Shown here piece by piece: positions 60,600-64,000 of a DNA stretch of 64,000 bases. This stretch comes from Microcystaceae cyanobacterium. Lineage in GTDB: Bacteria; Cyanobacteriota; Cyanobacteriia; Cyanobacteriales; Microcystaceae. Within the stretch, counting starts at the first letter, position 1. Every line of letters starts with the position of its first letter. The stretch spans positions 1 through 64,000 of the forward strand of contig JBGTGT010000121.1 in NCBI GenBank assembly GCA_041746575.1, given 5' to 3'. The notes under the pieces were generated by a model. It did no database searches and was not told the origin of the DNA. It was given only the letters and a program-made list of their open reading frames with translations. A program made the translations under genes and the position numbers.

Positions 60600-61571
60600 A
60601 TGAGAAAAATGAATTTATTAAGTATTATTATACTATCTCTGTTGGGAATACTTTTGATGACCGAATTAGGATTGCGATTAATTGGGGGATTAGGTAAAAG
60701 GGTAACTTTCATACCAGATGAAGAAATTGGTTATTTATTAGCCCCCAATCAAAACGTGCGTCGTTTTGGCAAAACTACCCTCGTCAATCAGTATTCAATG
60801 CGAAGCGCATCCATAGAAAAAGAGCGTCCCAAAGATACTTTGCGGGTTTTAATGTTAGGAGATTCTATTATTAATGGGAATTGGTGGACTGACCAAAAAG
60901 CCGTACTTTCTGAAGTGATTGAAAAGCAAATTCATGCACCTAATTTTAAGCAAATTGAGGTCTTAAATGCCTCGGCTAATTCTTGGAATCCGCGCAATCA
61001 GATTGCCTATCTTAGACGATTTGGCACGTTTGATGCTCAGTTGATTATCCTTGTGATTAACACTGACGATTTGTCCGGACAAGCACCGACCTTTTTACCC
61101 GTTGGTAATGATTTAAACTATCCTGATAATCAGCCGAATTCTGCTATAGGCGAAATTTTAGAACGACAATTTTTTCCGCCGAAACAGGTTGTTATTCCTA
61201 AAGAGAAAATCGGTCTTAATAAGAAAAATTTAGAAGCAATTAAACAAATTAAAGAAGTCGCCAAACAATCTTCAGCAAAATTTATCCTTGCTATCACACC
61301 TTTACGCCGAGAAGCCACTGATAATCCTGAAAATTATGATAAAAGAGCGAGAAATCGTTTATATGATTGGGTCAAAGAAAATGAAGTTACTTTTATCAAT
61401 TTTTTGCCTATTTTTCAACAATATAACTCTCCTAATTCTCTGTACCGCGATCATATTCACCTCAGTCCACTCGGGGATGCAATTGTAGCGGATACCCTAA
61501 CGAAAGCGATTAATCAGCAATTCGTTAATCTCGTTCCCAACCCAAATAAAATAACCCAATCCGAAAAATAA
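60600..61571 (+). CDS. SGNH/GDSL hydrolase family protein, membrane anchored
   Basis: TM helix, LMLGDSI, VLNASANSW, INTDD, RDHIHLS (DxxH). Confidence 0.85.
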   Translation: MRKMNLLSIIILSLLGILLMTELGLRLIGGLGKRVTFIPDEEIGYLLAPNQNVRRFGKTTLVNQYSMRSASIEKERPKDTLRVLMLGDSIINGNWWTDQKAVLSEVIEKQIHAPNFKQIEVLNASANSWNPRNQIAYLRRFGTFDAQLIILVINTDDLSGQAPTFLPVGNDLNYPDNQPNSAIGEILERQFFPPKQVVIPKEKIGLNKKNLEAIKQIKEVAKQSSAKFILAITPLRREATDNPENYDKRARNRLYDWVKENEVTFINFLPIFQQYNSPNSLYRDHIHLSPLGDAIVADTLTKAINQQFVNLVPNPNKITQSEK

Positions 61572-61722
61572 ATCGGACAGAAATTGATCATTTATTAAAA
61601 TAATCATCCTAACATTTAATTTAAATGCCTCAGAATTTGTGTTTAATCTAATAGGATTTTTACAAAAGAACTCTACTTAATCGTATAATATTTAATATAA
61701 AACGCCCTATATAACTGAATCT

Positions 61723-62421
61723 ATGGTAGAAAAATACGATATTCTCCATCGCATTGAACACTTACCGAGCTATGGCTTATTAATTTTAACCTTAAAGCCT
61801 GAACAAAAGGTCTGGGTAGAGTCATCCGCAATAGCTGCCAGCGACCCTGTCATTATCAGGCAGGATAATCCCTACAGTTCAAAATTAAAGGAATTACAAC
61901 AAAATTTGGCTGAAATTTCGCTTTGCCTCTCAGAATTTACCATCGGTAACCATAAAGGGGATTTGTACGTGACTCCTGCTCTACCTGGGGCGATTCGTCA
62001 TTATTATGTCAAACAAAAGCGCGGTTTGATGATTCAATCTTCCTGTTTTTTAGCCTGTAGTGAAGGGGTAAATATTGAGAGTAAATTTGCCGATATCAAA
62101 AGTTTTTTTGGTGGAGAATCTATATTTTTATTAAAAACTGTCGGTAGAGGAGATCTTTGGTTTAGTGCCTACGGCAGTATTATTGAAGTAGAAGTGTCAG
62201 GAGACCATGTAGTCGATACGGGGTACGTGGTGGCCTTTGAAGAAAGCTTAAGCTATCGCCTCGAAAAAATGCGAAATTTATCTCTAAAAACCGTTGATAA
62301 GAATTTATTTGGCTGTGAAGGATTAGTGTGTCGCTTTCAAGGCCAAGGTAAACTGTGGTTACAATGTCGTCAGTTATCTTCTCTCATCAATTTTGTTAAA
62401 CCCCTCACCCGCCTTATCTAA
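61723..62421 (+). CDS. TIGR00266/AIM24 family protein
   Basis: FFGGESIFLL, FSAYGSI, VVDTGYVVAFE, EGLVCRFQGQGKLWLQ. Confidence 0.85.
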   Translation: MVEKYDILHRIEHLPSYGLLILTLKPEQKVWVESSAIAASDPVIIRQDNPYSSKLKELQQNLAEISLCLSEFTIGNHKGDLYVTPALPGAIRHYYVKQKRGLMIQSSCFLACSEGVNIESKFADIKSFFGGESIFLLKTVGRGDLWFSAYGSIIEVEVSGDHVVDTGYVVAFEESLSYRLEKMRNLSLKTVDKNLFGCEGLVCRFQGQGKLWLQCRQLSSLINFVKPLTRLI

Positions 62422-62668
62422 AGCTTGAATCATCAGTCATTCACTCCCATAGGAATTGTCAGGGTTTCGACTCAATCTTCAGGAACAAAACAGCCTTTTC
62501 TTATCTTAAAGAACTTCTAAGTAAAATTTAATCGTTTCTTCTCTGTTTTTTCTCTACTAATACAAGAAGGCAAAGACCAAGGATTAATAATGTCTTAATA
62601 AATTCTTTTTTAAATCGCGGTAAAATCTATCGAAGGAAAACAATCTCTAGGGATTAAAAATCGAAGTT

Positions 62669-63874
62669 ATGAATATAATACAACTAGATTTACGCCAGAC
62701 AATTATTGTTGCCATTTTAGTCCTGTATCTCGGTAAGTATTTAACCCAAAAGATTCGCTTATTGCGGAATTTTAACATCCCAGATGCGGTTTCTGGCGGC
62801 GTATTAGCTTCTTTAATGTTAGGAATTATTTACGGCGTTTCTCAAGTTCAAGTCGAATTTGCACTCAATATTCGAGATGCTTTTTTAATCATTTTTTTTA
62901 CAACAATTGGACTTTCTTCTAAACTCAGCACCCTCTTAAAAGGAGGAAAACCCCTACTCATCTTATTGGCGGTGGCAGTCAGTTATCTATTCATCCAAAA
63001 TTTGACAGGTGTGGTCATCGCGGCTCTGACAGGGCTAGATTTGCCCGTGGGGTTACTCTCAGGTTCAGTTTCGTTAAGTGGCGGCCACGGAACGGCGATC
63101 GCTTGGTCTCCCATTTTCAGAGACACTCACGGTATTGCCAATGCGGCCGAAATTGGCATTGCTAGTGCGACCTTTGGGTTAATTTTAGGGGGAATTATCG
63201 GAGGACCGGTCGCAAAATGGTTGATTACCCGAAATAAACTTCAGCCCCATGCTTCCGATTCTCTGACTATTGGTATTAGACACGGGCAGAAAAATGTCAA
63301 AATTGACTACAATACAATGTTACATTCCCTTTTGGTCATTGGAATCACTATTGGTTTAGGCATTCAGATTAACGAAGTCGCCGCCTCGGCAGGGTTAAGG
63401 TTGCCCGATTTCGTTGCCTGTTTATTTGCTGGAATTATCTTGACCAATACCATCCCTCTTTTATTTAAACGCTTTCCTTGGCCGGCAAATACGCCCTCTT
63501 TGGCACTGATTGGGGATCTGAGTCTGGGATTGTTCTTGGCAATATCACTGATGAGCTTGCAATTGTGGACGTTGGCGGGAATGGGGAGGGCGATCGCTCT
63601 GTTGCTCTTAGCCCAGTTATTGGCTAGTATCTTTTATACTATTTGGGTCGTTTTCCCGATTATGGGTAAAAACTATGATGCCTCAGTGATTTCGGCCGGT
63701 TATCTGGGACTGGCTCTCGGTGCAACCCCAACAGCGATCGCTAATATGACAGCCGTCACCTCACAATTTGGGGCATCTCCCCAAGCCTTTATCATTCTTC
63801 CCCTTGTCGGTGCTTTTTTTATTGATATTGCCAATGCGTTTGTTATCCAAAAGTTTTTGAATTTCATCGGCTAA
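62669..63874 (+). CDS. gltS: Sodium/glutamate symporter
   Basis: NIPDAVSGG, FFTTIGL, GGHGTAIAW, ATFGLILGGIIGGP, GATPTAIANM, PLVGAFFID. Confidence 0.93.
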   Translation: MNIIQLDLRQTIIVAILVLYLGKYLTQKIRLLRNFNIPDAVSGGVLASLMLGIIYGVSQVQVEFALNIRDAFLIIFFTTIGLSSKLSTLLKGGKPLLILLAVAVSYLFIQNLTGVVIAALTGLDLPVGLLSGSVSLSGGHGTAIAWSPIFRDTHGIANAAEIGIASATFGLILGGIIGGPVAKWLITRNKLQPHASDSLTIGIRHGQKNVKIDYNTMLHSLLVIGITIGLGIQINEVAASAGLRLPDFVACLFAGIILTNTIPLLFKRFPWPANTPSLALIGDLSLGLFLAISLMSLQLWTLAGMGRAIALLLLAQLLASIFYTIWVVFPIMGKNYDASVISAGYLGLALGATPTAIANMTAVTSQFGASPQAFIILPLVGAFFIDIANAFVIQKFLNFIG

Positions 63875-63919
63875 ATACAACGGAAGTGCTGCTTCTCCAT
63901 CATCAATTTTTGTCGTGGG

Positions 63920-64000
63920 TTACGTTTCACTGTCCTCCTTCATCCAAGCGAGACATTGTTGCATTTGTTTTCTCATCGTTTTTAAGTCACTCTGATAACG
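63920..64000 (-). CDS. Probable 3' end of a gene continuing beyond the window
   Basis: Open frame RYQSDLKTMRKQMQQCLAWMKEDSET* converging on gltS. Confidence 0.35.
   Translation of the reverse strand, partial: RYQSDLKTMRKQMQQCLAWMKEDSET

Overview
64 kb of a cyanobacterial chromosome. Support for that call: frequent HIP1 octamers GCGATCGC, cyanobacterial-type gap2, sqdX, hhoA, nhaS1, long thiE and long hflX, and DUF2993/DUF4278/DUF760/DUF3593 genes. Content is mostly housekeeping: rfbB/rfbD-like, wzm/wzt, ureC, moeB, frmA, mreBC, rodZ-like, CBS/DHH nucleotidyltransferase, rnhB, rpe, a 2086-aa TamB and gltS. There is also a small allantoin catabolic cluster (GGCT-like gene, puuE, uraD, allC-like). 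Features the ORF track misses: a complete ISKra4-family IS with perfect 25-bp inverted repeats whose removal restores a 49-aa membrane micro-protein; a decayed dtd pseudogene; a HipA-like kinase/HIRAN deletion-fusion pseudogene; an ATC start for hflX; a probable CTG start for an esterase; a 59-aa small ORF; GTAG-type REP hairpins; a 243-nt Cys-pair repeat inside tamB; and an intact but apparently catalytically dead large serine recombinase. I saw no rRNA, tRNA, CRISPR array or prophage. All family calls come from motif recognition by eye, not database searches. I cannot establish a clearly new biological system; the best candidates are ranked in the findings.
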